64,000 nt of DNA from an uncultured Bacteroidales bacterium (GCA_963765005.1 CAVXUP010000008.1:244396-308395), one strand, 5' to 3'; positions 41,468 to 53,117 are shown, counted from the stretch's first letter. The notes: a model not told the origin generated them from the letters alone. Translations and numbers: made by a program.

Positions 41468-43048
41468 CTAAGCTTTGTATTTTGCCGACAGTTCCCCGGC
41501 AACCTTTTCGAGGACCGAAGTAATGTTACTATCCAGAACACCATCGCGAAGGCTGTCGAGAGTGCTCCTGTACTTGATTTCAAGCAATTCAAGGAACTCC
41601 GCTTCGAAAGCTTTTACTTTGTTAATCGGAACGTCTTTCAGGAGGCCGGTAGTTCCGCAATAAATAATAGCAGCCTGTTTCTCGACCGGAACGGGTGCAT
41701 ACTGTCCCTGTTTCAGTATTTCAACGTTTTTGGCTCCCTTATTGAGTATTGAAAGAGTTGCAGCATCGAGGTCCGAACCAAACTTCGAAAACGCTTCAAG
41801 TTCGCGGTACTGTGCCTGGTCGACCTTGAGAGTACCTGCTATCTTTTTCATCGATTTTATCTGGGCATTTCCTCCTACCCTCGACACTGAAATCCCGACA
41901 TTTATAGCAGGTCTTACTCCCGAGTTAAAGAGACTCGATTCGAGAAAGATCTGACCATCGGTAATTGAGATAACGTTAGTGGGAATATAGGCTGAAACGT
42001 CACCGGCCTGTGTTTCGATAATCGGAAGTGCAGTAAGTGATCCCCCTCCTTTTACAAGGTGTCTGATCGCCTCAGGCAGGTCGTTCATCTTGCTTGCAAC
42101 TTCATCGGATTCAATGATTTTCGCTGCTCTTTCAAGAAGTCTTGAGTGGAGATAGAAAACATCGCCGGGATATGCTTCACGTCCCGGTGGACGACGGAGG
42201 AGCAGCGAAACCTCCCTGTAGGAGACAGCCTGTTTCGAGAGGTCGTCGTAAATTATCAGGGCATCACGGCCTGTATCGCGGAAGAACTCGCCAATAGCGG
42301 CACCGGCAAACGGAGCATAGAACTGCGATGCTGCAGGGTCGGAAGCTGTGGCAAGTACAATAACAGTATAATCAAGAGCTCCGTGTTCTTCAAGAATCGC
42401 TGCAATGTTGGCCACTGTAGATCCTTTCTGACCGATGGCAACATAGATGCAATATACCGGCTTGCCTTTTGCATAGTTGCTTTTCTGGTTGATTATAGTG
42501 TCTATAGCGATAGCAGTTTTTCCTGTCTGCCTGTCGCCGATAATCAGCTCCCTCTGTCCGCGGCCGATGGGGATCATGGCATCAATAGCCTTTATCCCGG
42601 TCTGAAGCGGCTGCTTTACAGGCTGACGGAAGATAACGCCGGGGGCTTTTCTTTCGAAAGGAAGAGTGAACAATTCGCCTGTTATCGGGCCTTTGCCATC
42701 GAGGGGCTGGCCGGTTGGGGATATTACCCTTCCAAGAAGGCCTTCGCCTACAGCTATCGAGGCAATTCTCCCGGTACGTTTTACAATGTCCCCTTCATTA
42801 ATCTCTTCTGTTGGGCCGAGCAATACTGCTCCGATATTATCTTCCTCGAGGTTAAGGACTATAGCCTCTATACCATTCTCGAACTCGATAAGTTCATTCG
42901 ACTGCGCATTTGAAAGTCCGTAGATACGCGCTATTCCGTCGCCCACCTGAAGAACGGTTCCCACCTCCTCCAGTTCTACGCCTGTCTGAATACCTTCCAG
43001 TTGTTGCTTCAGGATTTTTGAAACTTCTGCCGGTTTAATGTTTGCCAT
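41468..43048 (-). CDS. atpA: ATP synthase F1 alpha subunit
   Basis: [31 protein letters not shown]. Confidence 0.99.
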   Translation of the reverse strand: MANIKPAEVSKILKQQLEGIQTGVELEEVGTVLQVGDGIARIYGLSNAQSNELIEFENGIEAIVLNLEEDNIGAVLLGPTEEINEGDIVKRTGRIASIAVGEGLLGRVISPTGQPLDGKGPITGELFTLPFERKAPGVIFRQPVKQPLQTGIKAIDAMIPIGRGQRELIIGDRQTGKTAIAIDTIINQKSNYAKGKPVYCIYVAIGQKGSTVANIAAILEEHGALDYTVIVLATASDPAASQFYAPFAGAAIGEFFRDTGRDALIIYDDLSKQAVSYREVSLLLRRPPGREAYPGDVFYLHSRLLERAAKIIESDEVASKMNDLPEAIRHLVKGGGSLTALPIIETQAGDVSAYIPTNVISITDGQIFLESSLFNSGVRPAINVGISVSRVGGNAQIKSMKKIAGTLKVDQAQYRELEAFSKFGSDLDAATLSILNKGAKNVEILKQGQYAPVPVEKQAAIIYCGTTGLLKDVPINKVKAFEAEFLELLEIKYRSTLDSLRDGVLDSNITSVLEKVAGELSAKYKA

Positions 43049-43093
43049 ATTATCTATTCACTTAAAATTCCTAAATACAATTAATAATTTTTA

Positions 43094-43642
43094 TCAGGAG
43101 GCAGCAATGCTTCCTGTAAGTTCTTTCCTTATTTTCCTAAGCTTATTCCTTATGCTTCCATCAATATAGTTGTCGTCAATCCTGAGAATGAACCCCCCTA
43201 TAATTTCAGGGTCAATTATCTCTTTGAGTTCAACTTTTGTCTTGAAAACATCAGAAATGAGAGCTGTGATCTCATTTCTCACCCTATCATCCACTTTAAC
43301 AGCAGTTGTAAGCGCCGACTCTGTGATCCCCTTATGTTTCTTTGTTTCACTGATGAATACGCGGGCTACAGCAGGGAGAAGGCTCTCTCTTCCATTATTC
43401 ACAATAAGTTCCATTAGCGAAAGAGTAACCGCCTGAACATTATCTCCGAATATTGCTGTGAGTATTGAGATTTTCTTTGATGGAACTATCACAGGGCTTT
43501 CGAGGAACTCTTTCATCTCAGCTGTTTTGCAGACTTCGAGAATGAGGATCATGTCATCATTTACCTTATCAGTGATCTTCTTTTCGAGCGCTGACTGGAA
43601 CAAGGCTCTTGAATACCTTACAGAAATTATGCTTTCGTTCAT
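43094..43642 (-). CDS. atpH: ATP synthase delta subunit
   Basis: RYSRALF, DPEIIGGFILR, DGSI. Confidence 0.95.
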   Translation of the reverse strand: MNESIISVRYSRALFQSALEKKITDKVNDDMILILEVCKTAEMKEFLESPVIVPSKKISILTAIFGDNVQAVTLSLMELIVNNGRESLLPAVARVFISETKKHKGITESALTTAVKVDDRVRNEITALISDVFKTKVELKEIIDPEIIGGFILRIDDNYIDGSIRNKLRKIRKELTGSIAAS

Positions 43643-43657
43643 TACAGAGGTTTATTC

Positions 43658-44173
43658 CTAATTCTTGTTGAAATCGATCTCTTTTAGGTAATTATCGATC
43701 AGTTTCTCCTGTTCGCCAGTCTTCTTAAGCTGTTCTCCAAGCAGTTTGGATGCAATTTCAACAGAGAGAGTTGCAACCTGATCGCGAATTTCGGTCATCG
43801 CCTTGGTCTTCTCGCTTTCAATTCCTGCCCTGGCTTTTTCAATAAGCTTTTCTGCCTCAACGGTAGCTTGTCCCCTGGCTTCGGAAATAAGTTTGTCGCG
43901 GACTTCGCGTGCCTCTTTAAGGATCTCTTCACGCTCGCTCCTTGCTTTTTTAAGAATAGCCTCGTTGTCGCTCTGAAGTTTATGCATTTCCTCCCGGGCC
44001 TTTTCAGCTGACTCCAGTGATCCTTTTATCATCTCATCGCGGGCCTTTACTGCTGCAAGAATAGGTTTCCAGGCAAACTTGGCAAGGGTAGCAAAAAAGA
44101 TAAGAAAGATAAATGCTGACCAGAAAATTGTACCTACTCCCGGGGAGGTAAGGCTGTTTGCTAATATTATCAT
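43658..44173 (-). CDS. atpF: ATP synthase Fo b subunit
   Basis: PG.GTIFW, KFAWKPIL...RD..I, coiled coil. Confidence 0.95.
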   Translation of the reverse strand: MIILANSLTSPGVGTIFWSAFIFLIFFATLAKFAWKPILAAVKARDEMIKGSLESAEKAREEMHKLQSDNEAILKKARSEREEILKEAREVRDKLISEARGQATVEAEKLIEKARAGIESEKTKAMTEIRDQVATLSVEIASKLLGEQLKKTGEQEKLIDNYLKEIDFNKN

Positions 44174-44209
44174 TGTTATAGTATTAAATCATTTCAATTG
44201 ATTAAAAAT

Positions 44210-44240
44210 GAAGACCTGCAACCAACCGTTGCAGGCTTCA
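44210..44240 (-). other. Stem-loop between atpE and atpF
   Basis: CCTGCAAC-CAACC-GTTGCAGG with outer GAAG/CTTC arms. Confidence 0.65.
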
Positions 44241-44250
44241 TATCCTTCTC

Positions 44251-44475
<225 letters not shown>

Positions 44476-44487
44476 TTAAACAATATA

Positions 44488-45552
44488 TTAATGATGCTCC
44501 TCGGGAACCGCCAGGCTGAAAAACAGGGCTGAAAGCAAGGTAAAAATGTAGGCCTGCAGGAATGCAACAAGCAATTCAAGGAAATCCATAAAAACAACAA
44601 AAAATATCGAAATGGGGGCAACCCCAAGTGAATCAAAGATGAAGATCAGGCAAATTAAACTCAGCACTATGATATGACCTGCAGTAATATTTGCAAAAAG
44701 TCGGATCATAAGAGCAAAAGGCTTCGAGAATATCCCGATAATCTCAACAGGGATCATTATCGGCAACAGCCAGAATGGCACTCCCGGTGCTGCAAAAATA
44801 TGCTTCCAGTAGGCTTTATTACCGCTGAACTGGGTGATTACAAAGGTGCAGAAGGCAAGAACAAAAGTGACAGCTATGTTCCCCGTGACATTTGCTCCGA
44901 AAGGGGGAGGGAACGGGATGAGCCCCATCAGGTTATTGATCAGTATGAAAAAGAATGCCGTCAGCAGATACGGCATATACCTTTCATACCTGTGAATGCC
45001 GATATTTGGAATTGCAATATCGTCGCGGACAAATAGTATTATTGGTTCCAGAAAGCTCTGCATTCCCTTTGGGTGGCTGATGCCGCTCTTTTTGTACGAC
45101 CGGGCCAGGGACAAAAACAATACAAGTCCTATAAGGGCAGCGAAAAACATTCCTACAACTGCTTTTGTGATTGAAAAATCCAACGGGAGATTCTCCTCAT
45201 CAGCAAGACCTTCGTTATTCACTATGACAATCTTGCCCTTGAGGTCACCCTCCTCTTCAAGCTTGTAGCCATTATATTCCTGCCCGTGAGCCAGCTTTTT
45301 TGATGAAAAGAAATCAAGTCCCTTTTCTTTGCTGTAAAGTATCACAGGAAGGTATATAGCAACGCTCTCCCCGTTCTTCTTTGTAATGAGATGCCACTCA
45401 TGAGAGTCCGACACATGGTTAAGTATAAATGTGCCGGCATCAAACGGTTCTTTCACCGCCCCATTCCCTTCAGGCTTGGGTTCAGACGCCGACAGAGTTG
45501 TGCCTGCCAGGAGAAAAATCAGGATTAATCCTGTGAATCTAAGAGTTTTCAA
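44488..45552 (-). CDS. atpB: ATP synthase Fo a subunit
   Basis: NLMGLIP, KPFALMIRLFANI.AGH, LQAYIF. Confidence 0.97.
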   Translation of the reverse strand: MKTLRFTGLILIFLLAGTTLSASEPKPEGNGAVKEPFDAGTFILNHVSDSHEWHLITKKNGESVAIYLPVILYSKEKGLDFFSSKKLAHGQEYNGYKLEEEGDLKGKIVIVNNEGLADEENLPLDFSITKAVVGMFFAALIGLVLFLSLARSYKKSGISHPKGMQSFLEPIILFVRDDIAIPNIGIHRYERYMPYLLTAFFFILINNLMGLIPFPPPFGANVTGNIAVTFVLAFCTFVITQFSGNKAYWKHIFAAPGVPFWLLPIMIPVEIIGIFSKPFALMIRLFANITAGHIIVLSLICLIFIFDSLGVAPISIFFVVFMDFLELLVAFLQAYIFTLLSALFFSLAVPEEHH

Positions 45553-45565
45553 ATCAGTACTTGTT

Positions 45566-45952
45566 TTATAATGACTTGTTCTTCAGCGCTTTTAACACAA
45601 TGTATACTAAAAACAAAGTGAAGGATAAATATATAAGAAAAAACATTATTACTAATGCTGCAGCCGTTTTTTTAAGAACTATTAACCAAATAAGAGTAAG
45701 GACCAGCTCGAGCAGAAATTTAAGGCTGAATGAGAACAGGCTGTGAAGTGTCTGGCTTTCCGGTCCCCGCGACTGTCCACGGAGAAAAATAGTCAGAGCT
45801 GTAAAAGTAATAAGGCTGAAAAAGAATATCAGGAAAACAAGATCGGGATAAAGATATTTGATGCCGGTTACTTTTAAAATAATTAAGCCGGCAAGCAGCA
45901 GCAGAATGCTGAACAGCAATAACCTGATGAAAATTTTCCGGTATTGTTTCAC
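45566..45952 (-). CDS. AtpI-like 4-TM membrane protein
   Basis: Four hydrophobic helices; sits between atpZ and atpB. Confidence 0.7.
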   Translation of the reverse strand: MKQYRKIFIRLLLFSILLLLAGLIILKVTGIKYLYPDLVFLIFFFSLITFTALTIFLRGQSRGPESQTLHSLFSFSLKFLLELVLTLIWLIVLKKTAAALVIMFFLIYLSFTLFLVYIVLKALKNKSL

Positions 45953-46188
45953 TTGATAAAATCGCGGAGAACAGTATAAAGGGCTGCAAAAACGCCCAGA
46001 AGAGAAAGTATTATTGTAAAAACAGGATTATCGAGCTTAAGCAGCTCATCGAGTTTTACGCCGCCCCAGGTTGTGACAAGGATAATGCCGATCATCTGGA
46101 ATGCCATGCCGGAATATCTGGCGAAATCCCTTATCCCTTTACTTGAGGGATTTTTCTGGTTCTTTTTCTTTTGCGGGGGCAGTTCCAT
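45949..46188 (-). CDS. AtpZ/AtpI family protein
   Basis: YSGMAFQM..II....GG..LD ... SLLGV. Confidence 0.85.
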   Translation of the reverse strand: MELPPQKKKNQKNPSSKGIRDFARYSGMAFQMIGIILVTTWGGVKLDELLKLDNPVFTIILSLLGVFAALYTVLRDFIK

Positions 46189-46537
46189 TGTTGTCAGCAT
46201 CGCTCATTTTACAGGTTCCGGTGAAGAGAGCTCCCGGTTCAATAGCAAGTTTTGATGTCACAATCTCACCGACTATTTTTGAGGAGGCTTTCAGGCTAAG
46301 AAGCTGACCAACTGTAATTCTGCCCTCAATAAGTCCCGAAACTTCTGAATTCTTGCAGTTCACTTCCCCGTTAACCTTTCCTGTCGGTCCGATAACAACC
46401 TTCCCTTTGGTGATAAGATTCCCCGTAAGGGATCCGTCTATCCTGATATCCCCGTTTGACTTGATATCTCCGGTTATATCTGTTCCGATACTAATGAGGT
46501 TTACAGCTGTGGTTTCAGTCTCGTTATACTTTGCCAT
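46139..46537 (-). CDS. Bactofilin (polymer-forming cytoskeletal protein)
   Basis: GTDITGDI.SNGDIRIDG, IG..G.V.G, LAIEPGA.F.G.C.M. Confidence 0.93.
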   Translation of the reverse strand: MAKYNETETTAVNLISIGTDITGDIKSNGDIRIDGSLTGNLITKGKVVIGPTGKVNGEVNCKNSEVSGLIEGRITVGQLLSLKASSKIVGEIVTSKLAIEPGALFTGTCKMSDADNNGTAPAKEKEPEKSLK

Positions 46538-46606
46538 TTTGTTATCAGGTTTTGAAGCTTTGTTTTAATAACTCACAAATATATAAACTATTGCAGATAA
46601 AAGAGA

Positions 46607-47605
46607 CTATTTTGGATCGTAAGCCCATTTCAGGTATATTGATCCCCAGGTAAATCCACCCCCGAAAGCTGCCAGGATGAGAATATCCCCCTTTTTGAGC
46701 CTGCTCTCATATTCCCAGATACAAAGCGGAATAGTTGCTGCTGTTGTATTTCCGTAATTCTGAATGTTTATCATGACCTTCTCGGGCGGAAGTCCCATTC
46801 TCCGGCCAGTGGCATCGATTATGCGGAGGTTGGCCTGATGCGGAACAAGCCAGGCTATATCTTCAGGTTTCAGGTTGTTGCGTTCCATTATCTCGGCGGC
46901 TACGTCGGCCATGTTTGAGACTGCGAACTTGAAAACGCTCTGTCCTTCCTGGTAAATGAAATGATCTTTTGAATCAACAGTCTCATGTGAGGATGGTTTT
47001 ACAGAACCACCGGCTTTAAGATGGAGGTATTTCTGTCCGGAACCGTCGGTATGAAGAATACTGTCCATCAGGCCAAGCTCTTCTGTTGTAGGTTCAAGAA
47101 GCACTGCACCGGCAGCATCTCCGAAGAGAGGACAGGTTGTGCGGTCGGTATAATCGGTAATTGATGACATTTTGTCGGCTCCAACGACTATCACCTTTTT
47201 ATATCTTCCGGTCTCAATATATGCAGCGCCTGTCTGAAGGGCAAAGAGAAAGCCTGAACAGGCAGCCCCGAGATCGAAGCTGAAAGCATTTTTAATTCCG
47301 CATTTTTCAGAGATTATATTGGCAGTTGCCGGGAAAGCCATATCAGGAGTGATTGTGGCACAGATAAGCAGATCAACCTCATCAGGGGATGTGTTTGTCT
47401 TAAGCAAGAGTCCGTTTACAGCCTTATCTCCAAGGTCAGACGTTCCAAGCCCCTCTCCCTTCAGTATCCTTCTCTCCTTTATTCCGACCCTCTGCATTAT
47501 CCACTCATCGGAAGTATCAACCAGTTTTGAAAGTTCCTGATTTGTAAGCCTGTACTCCGGTGCCCAGGCATTAATGCCTGTAATAGCTGCCCGTATCTTT
47601 TCCAT
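46607..47605 (-). CDS. fabH: 3-oxoacyl-ACP synthase III
   Basis: [21 protein letters not shown]. Confidence 0.97.
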   Translation of the reverse strand: MEKIRAAITGINAWAPEYRLTNQELSKLVDTSDEWIMQRVGIKERRILKGEGLGTSDLGDKAVNGLLLKTNTSPDEVDLLICATITPDMAFPATANIISEKCGIKNAFSFDLGAACSGFLFALQTGAAYIETGRYKKVIVVGADKMSSITDYTDRTTCPLFGDAAGAVLLEPTTEELGLMDSILHTDGSGQKYLHLKAGGSVKPSSHETVDSKDHFIYQEGQSVFKFAVSNMADVAAEIMERNNLKPEDIAWLVPHQANLRIIDATGRRMGLPPEKVMINIQNYGNTTAATIPLCIWEYESRLKKGDILILAAFGGGFTWGSIYLKWAYDPK

Positions 47606-47607
47606 AG

Positions 47608-48546
47608 TTATATAGCTTCTTTGATCTTCTGGGCCAGATTGGCTTTCACAACTCCCCTGGCCTGAAGAATCATGTTCATAATGGGTTTCCTTTTGGAAAT
47701 TCCATGTCCGATCATAACATTTGCATTAATGCCGATAATTGGTGTTCCACCAGTGAGTTCCCAGTCGAGACGATCAAAAAATGTGTCTTTAAGATTCCTG
47801 CTTTTATAGATATGGTGGAAAGCCTCTCCCATCTTCAGAATAACATTCCCGACAAAACCATCACAAACTATAACATCTGTCATGGTCTCGCAGAACAGGG
47901 CATTCCCTTCTATATTACCGACAAAATTAAGTCCGGGATGCCCCTTCATTAATTCATATGCTGCTTTAACCGCGGGTGTTCCCTTTGTCTCTTCTTCACC
48001 AATATTGAGAAGCCCTACAGTCGGATTCTCTATGCCAAGAACATATTTGGCATAAATACTGCCGAGTATTCCATACTGAAGAAGAACATCCGGTTTGCAA
48101 TCAGGATTTAGTCCAACATCAAGTATAACAGAATCACGGTTAACGGCACCAGGTAATAAGGTAGCCAGGGCTGGTCTTAAAACGCCGGGTATTACATTAA
48201 CTGTATAGCTTGCTCCGACAAGCATGGCTCCTGTATTTCCTGCGCTGCAAAAACCATCCAGTGAGCCATTTTTCAGCATTCCGTATCCAACTGAGATACT
48301 TGAATCTTTTTTCTGTGAAAAAGCTTTGGCCGGATGATCGCCCATCTCAATTACCTGAGTGGTGTGTACAATCTCAAAAAGAGAAGGTTCCACCTGCATT
48401 TCATTCAGCTTCCTGTAGATAGCAGTTTCGTCTCCAATTAAGACCAACTGCTCACTATCTGATAAGTGCTGAAGCGAATCAACTGCGCCCTCAATGATTG
48501 AATCAGGCGCAAAATCACCACCCATGACATCAAGGCCAATTCTCAT
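47608..48546 (-). CDS. plsX: Phosphate acyltransferase PlsX
   Basis: [34 protein letters not shown]. Confidence 0.96.
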   Translation of the reverse strand: MRIGLDVMGGDFAPDSIIEGAVDSLQHLSDSEQLVLIGDETAIYRKLNEMQVEPSLFEIVHTTQVIEMGDHPAKAFSQKKDSSISVGYGMLKNGSLDGFCSAGNTGAMLVGASYTVNVIPGVLRPALATLLPGAVNRDSVILDVGLNPDCKPDVLLQYGILGSIYAKYVLGIENPTVGLLNIGEEETKGTPAVKAAYELMKGHPGLNFVGNIEGNALFCETMTDVIVCDGFVGNVILKMGEAFHHIYKSRNLKDTFFDRLDWELTGGTPIIGINANVMIGHGISKRKPIMNMILQARGVVKANLAQKIKEAI

Positions 48547-48571
48547 ATTTTTGTTTTATAGTTAGCAGAAG

Positions 48572-48757
48572 TTAGGCTGTCGCCTTCTTCTCAATAGCAA
48601 GCTTGCCTCTGTAAAAGCCACATTCAGGACATACCCTGTGATAAAGAACCGAAGATCCGCAATTTGAACAGCTTGCCACTGTAGGCGCTGTTGCCTTATA
48701 ATGCGTCCTGCGCTTATCTCTTCTGGTCTTGGAATGTTTGTGTTTCGGATGTGCCAT
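48572..48757 (-). CDS. rpmF: 50S ribosomal protein L32 (Zn-binding form)
   Basis: [26 protein letters not shown]. Confidence 0.98.
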   Translation of the reverse strand: MAHPKHKHSKTRRDKRRTHYKATAPTVASCSNCGSSVLYHRVCPECGFYRGKLAIEKKATA

Positions 48758-48768
48758 TTTAAAAATAT

Positions 48769-49290
48769 TTAATTATCGTTAATCAATTTCTTTAATTCGT
48801 CCCACCTGGGATCACCCTCATTATCTTCTTCAATTAAAAGTTCCTCCAGTTTCCTGAGCATTTCAGGATCACACGTGCTCCTTCCTTCAGTATCGTCGGG
48901 ATGAACCCTTTTTATCGGCAATGCCAGATTGATATAATCATAGAAATGCTGATTCAGATCAAGTTCATGCTCGTCGGCAGATACCGAAATTATGTCCGGA
49001 TCCCCATCTTCTATTTTCTTTCCGAACTTAACAAGCAGCCTGTTTTCACAATCAAGCGGCAATGAAAAGAACTCCAGACACCTGTCGCAACTGATAATTA
49101 CACTCCCTTTAATCGATATAATCAGGTCAGCATGGGTTGTTCTTTTTTCCATCTTAACCACCGCAACCAAACTGCCATCGCTGATCTCCGATTCTTCAAA
49201 CTGTTCAAAAAACTTCTTGCCAATCTCGAAATCAATAGTATGCCGCCCTTCCTTCAATCCGCCTAATGGTATTGTATATGATCGGGACAT
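48769..49290 (-). CDS. DUF177/YceD family protein
   Basis: [17 protein letters not shown]; canonical position upstream of rpmF. Confidence 0.93.
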   Translation of the reverse strand: MSRSYTIPLGGLKEGRHTIDFEIGKKFFEQFEESEISDGSLVAVVKMEKRTTHADLIISIKGSVIISCDRCLEFFSLPLDCENRLLVKFGKKIEDGDPDIISVSADEHELDLNQHFYDYINLALPIKRVHPDDTEGRSTCDPEMLRKLEELLIEEDNEGDPRWDELKKLINDN

Positions 49291-49469
49291 CTCTTCAAAA
49301 TTTGGTTTGCAAAAATATGAATCCTTATTTAATTAAAAAAATTATCAACAAAAAAGTAACATCAAATGTCATAAAAGACCATTTACCGGTAAAAAAAGGC
49401 TGCCTGCCGATTAACAGTATTATACCTTATATATGGGAATTACTTTTGACATATAATAAAAATCATACA

Positions 49470-49835
49470 ATGAAACACAGACAGTATAATCGGTTAAGAG
49501 AAAGAGAACTCCACCCACAGGTGGGTATAGGGCTGTTCTTTATTTTACTTGGCGCAGCACTTCTTGTTGCGACAAACGATCTCCTCAACCTGGGAAGCGT
49601 CAGCAGGTACTTTACCTGGGAATTCGCATTGATCTTCATTGGTTTGCTACTTCTGCTTAACCTTCAATTCATCGGAGGACTGTGGCTTCTGGCACTGGGA
49701 ACATACTTCCTGCTTGACGACATTTTTATTATTACTCCGGAGAGAGTTAAATCATTTTACTGGCCGGTAATAATAGCGCTGACAGGTATTGCTTTTATAA
49801 TATCTTCGTTTTTTAAAAGGAAGAAGACAAGTTAA
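49470..49835 (+). CDS. DUF5668/LiaF-TM-like membrane protein
   Basis: GLFFILLG, W...LI.IG, WPVII..GI; TACTTTTG promoter at 49441. Confidence 0.75.
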   Translation: MKHRQYNRLRERELHPQVGIGLFFILLGAALLVATNDLLNLGSVSRYFTWEFALIFIGLLLLLNLQFIGGLWLLALGTYFLLDDIFIITPERVKSFYWPVIIALTGIAFIISSFFKRKKTS

Positions 49836-49860
49836 TAAAAAATCAGATAAATTTACAATT

Positions 49861-50613
49861 ATGGAAACAAATGAAAGCTTCGGAGGTGAAAACAAGCCAT
49901 ACAGGCGTGAAAATCACCATTTGCAAAGTAACCGTGCGATTGTGGGAGTCATTTTCGTTCTGGTAGGACTATTTCTGGTATTGAGAAATACAGGCTTTTT
50001 TCCCGATTTCGTGGGAGACATAATCTTCAGCTGGCCTATGCTGCTGGTGACAATCGGACTTGTGATAACACTGGGATCTTCTGACAAAAAGAGCTCCGGT
50101 GTAATTGTAATGGCTGTGGGAGGTTTCTTTCTTATTCCTCATATATTCAGGGAAACCTTCGATATCAACATGTTCTGGCCATCAATATTCATCATAATCG
50201 GAGTAATATTCATTTTTTCAAGACGAAAGGGATGGAATTCAATTAACACCACCCCTATGGTTGGCGATGACTATATTGACTATATACACATTTTCAGCGG
50301 AGGAGAACGACAAATCGTTTCCAATAATTTCAGGGGGGGCAAGGTAACAGCAGTATTCGGAGGAAGTGAAATAGACCTAACACGTGCCACACTGGCTCCG
50401 GGAGTATCAGAGCTGGAAATAGCCTGTGTATTCGGAGGCACAACAATAATAGTACCCGACGACTGGAATATAAAGATAGAGGTTGTACCGGTACTTGGAG
50501 GATTCGGCGACCAAAGGAAACTAATTCCCGGCAGGACCATTGATACTACCAAACAACTTATAATCAAGGGCGCTGTTGTGTTTGGCGGAGGAGAGGTTAA
50601 AAGTTACAAATAA
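49861..50613 (+). CDS. LiaF-like cell-wall stress response protein
   Basis: N-terminal TM domain (WPMLL) and C-terminal FGG repeats (AVFGG.EIDL, VP.DW). Confidence 0.88.
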   Translation: METNESFGGENKPYRRENHHLQSNRAIVGVIFVLVGLFLVLRNTGFFPDFVGDIIFSWPMLLVTIGLVITLGSSDKKSSGVIVMAVGGFFLIPHIFRETFDINMFWPSIFIIIGVIFIFSRRKGWNSINTTPMVGDDYIDYIHIFSGGERQIVSNNFRGGKVTAVFGGSEIDLTRATLAPGVSELEIACVFGGTTIIVPDDWNIKIEVVPVLGGFGDQRKLIPGRTIDTTKQLIIKGAVVFGGGEVKSYK

Positions 50614-50622
50614 CAAGGCGAA

Positions 50623-51678
50623 ATGAAACATCCTGTACTTACAAATAAAGTACGGCTTATAGTCTGGTGGCTGGCCTGGCTCTTCCTGGCGCTGGGCCAG
50701 TCGCTTATTTTTTACTTCGCCTATGGAAGTTTCATTGACATAAGCATTTTTGACGGGCTTATTTCGCTTATATTATACTCAGGAATAGCGCTCTCGCTCT
50801 GGTACCCGTTCAACTTCTTCAACACGGGGAACAAGCGGGTTTCAACCCTTATAATGAATCTGGTACTGAGCGGAGCAATAGCAATAACTCTCTGGATAGT
50901 GCTTACCCGGATGATAATGATGATAATCCTTCCGGAGGGTAATAATTATGAGGCCTTCTGGAATGCCACATTCCCATACAGAGTAGGAACAGGAGTCTTT
51001 ATTTTCGGTATCATAATCCTGACATATTTTCTTTTTGTAAGCCTTACAAATCTCTCTGAAAAAAACACCAAGGAGGCAAAACTCGAGAGCCTTGTAAAAG
51101 AGACTGAACTAAAACTGCTCAGATCACAAATAAATCCTCACTTTCTCTTCAACAGCCTGAACTCTGTAAGCTCACTTACAATTACCGACCCCGACAAGGC
51201 CAGGGATATGGTTATCAAACTATCTGATTTTATGCGATATGCACTGTCGAAGAAAGATGAACAGCCTGTCTCTTTCAGGAGTGAGCTTGAGAACCTCAGA
51301 CTCTATCTTGATATTGAAAAAGTGCGTTTTGGCGAAAGACTTCTTATCGAGGAGAATATCGACGAAAATACTCTTGATGTAAAAATGCCTGTTATGCTAA
51401 TTCAGCCTCTTTATGAGAATGCTGTAAAGCATGGCGTTTATGAAAGCACGGAGAGTGTCAGGATCGCAACCGAGGCAAAGATAGTTGACGGGTACCTCAA
51501 GATATCTATAAGCAATAACTATGAAGCCGTTCCCTCGTTAAAGAAAGGAACCGGTACCGGGCTTCTGAACGTCGAAAGACGGCTGGAGTTGTTTTACAGG
51601 AACCGGGCAACTATCAGGTCGAGTAAGGAAGATGGCGTTTTTACTGTTCTCCTCTACATCCCGATTGACTTTTTGTAA
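50623..51678 (+). CDS. LytS-type sensor histidine kinase
   Basis: LRSQINPHFLFNSLN, QPLYENAVKHG, GTGLLNV..RL. Confidence 0.95.
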   Translation: MKHPVLTNKVRLIVWWLAWLFLALGQSLIFYFAYGSFIDISIFDGLISLILYSGIALSLWYPFNFFNTGNKRVSTLIMNLVLSGAIAITLWIVLTRMIMMIILPEGNNYEAFWNATFPYRVGTGVFIFGIIILTYFLFVSLTNLSEKNTKEAKLESLVKETELKLLRSQINPHFLFNSLNSVSSLTITDPDKARDMVIKLSDFMRYALSKKDEQPVSFRSELENLRLYLDIEKVRFGERLLIEENIDENTLDVKMPVMLIQPLYENAVKHGVYESTESVRIATEAKIVDGYLKISISNNYEAVPSLKKGTGTGLLNVERRLELFYRNRATIRSSKEDGVFTVLLYIPIDFL

Positions 51679-51791
51679 GTACTGCCGTTCGAATATCATC
51701 TCATTTTAATAATAAGTCTTTAAAATAAACTAAATTAGTTATAATTTTACTTGTCTGAAACATTAACTCAGATACAGGAGGCAAGTATAAA

Positions 51792-52541
51792 ATGGAAAAT
51801 ATCAAAATTGTCATTATCGATGATGAAACTCCGGCCAGGGAAATAATCAAGCATTATCTTCAGGAGGTTGAAGCAATTGAGGTTATTGCTGAATGTGCCG
51901 ACGGCTTTACGGGACTGAAAACAATTTCAGCAGTGAAACCTGACCTTGTTTTTCTTGACATTCAGATGCCAAGGCTGACCGGGATTGAATTGGTTGAAGT
52001 CCTTACCGAAAAACCTGAAATAATTTTTACAACAGCATACGACCAGTTTGCCCTGCGGGCATTTGAACTTAATGCTGTCGATTATCTTTTAAAACCTTTT
52101 CAGAAAAGGCGCTTCCTTGAGGCAGTGAAGAAGGCCACCGACAAGATCAGGGCCGGAAAAGGAAACCAGGAGCCTGCGAGCCGGCTACTTGAAAAGAGAC
52201 CCGAAGCTTCAGCTGTGAACCGGGTTGTTGTACGAAAAGGCAATGCAATAAACCTGATTCCCGTGGAAGAAATTAAATATGTTGAGGCACAGGATGATTA
52301 TGTAATGATTTATCATACCGGAGGCAAAGCCCTCAAACAGCAAACATTGAAATTCTATGAGGAAAACCTGCCAAAAGCCGACTTCGTGAGAATTCACCGC
52401 TCATATATCGTTAAAGTGGGTGAGATAAATAAAATAGAGCCTTATGGAAAAGACAACCATATAGCTATCCTGCACGCCGGTGACAAACTGCCTGTCAGCA
52501 GGGCAGGGTACAAGCAGCTAAGGGAAGAGTTGAATTTCTGA
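51792..52541 (+). CDS. LytTR-family response regulator
   Basis: [30 protein letters not shown]. Confidence 0.96.
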   Translation: MENIKIVIIDDETPAREIIKHYLQEVEAIEVIAECADGFTGLKTISAVKPDLVFLDIQMPRLTGIELVEVLTEKPEIIFTTAYDQFALRAFELNAVDYLLKPFQKRRFLEAVKKATDKIRAGKGNQEPASRLLEKRPEASAVNRVVVRKGNAINLIPVEEIKYVEAQDDYVMIYHTGGKALKQQTLKFYEENLPKADFVRIHRSYIVKVGEINKIEPYGKDNHIAILHAGDKLPVSRAGYKQLREELNF

Positions 52542-52936
52542 TGGTCTTGCGGTCCTGCAGCCTTGGCGGCTGCGGTCTGCGGTCGTGCGGTCGCTGCAGT
52601 CTTAGCGGTCGAAATCTGTTGTTTAAGCGATACTTTTAGCCGGTTATCGGCTTCTCTTCGGTGAAAAATGTCGCAATAAGGGCCTATACGTCTGAATCGG
52701 AAGAGCGGTACCGGATCATAGCCATGGGTGCCGCCAGGCCTGCATCTCAATATCCTCCCTGTTCCAAGTAACAAGCCAGTGAAAGGCCCATGAATCTTAA
52801 GTGCATCAAGCATGTATTGTGAACAGGTGGGAACATGACGGCATGAGGGAGAGAGAAACGGGGAGATCGCCCCGCGGTAAAACAACACCGGAAGAGATAA
52901 AATGAATGCGAGAACATTCTTAACCGTCCTTAACAT
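52442..52936 (-). CDS. yidD: Membrane protein insertion efficiency factor YidD, with a repeat-derived C-terminal extension
   Basis: FYR.AISP....CR..PTCS.Y...A...HG...G..L...RILRC.P....GYDPVP. Confidence 0.88.
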   Translation of the reverse strand: MLRTVKNVLAFILSLPVLFYRGAISPFLSPSCRHVPTCSQYMLDALKIHGPFTGLLLGTGRILRCRPGGTHGYDPVPLFRFRRIGPYCDIFHRREADNRLKVSLKQQISTAKTAATARPQTAAAKAAGPQDHQKFNSSLSCLYPALLTGSLSPACRIAIWLSFP

Positions 52937-52973
52937 AATACAAAGATAGCATTTACAGCAAACATCAGATCTT

Positions 52974-53012
52974 AACTTTGAACCTGCACCTTGCAACCTG
53001 CAACCTGCAACT
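52974..53012. repeat. Heptamer tract (GCAACCT)n
   Basis: gcaccttgcaacctgcaacctgcaact; same family as 14858. Confidence 0.8.
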
Positions 53013-53117
53013 TCAATCTTTGAACTTTCTGCCAAAATGACTTGTTTCTAAACAGAGAGGTAATTGGCAAACCTTTTGTAATAACAAAATAAACTAAAAT
53101 AAGGAGGAAAGAGTAAT

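Noticed and set aside
42146-42913. 255-aa plus-strand ORF and other ORFs antisense to atp, ettA and permease genes
   Set aside because: Shadows of well-supported genes on the opposite strand
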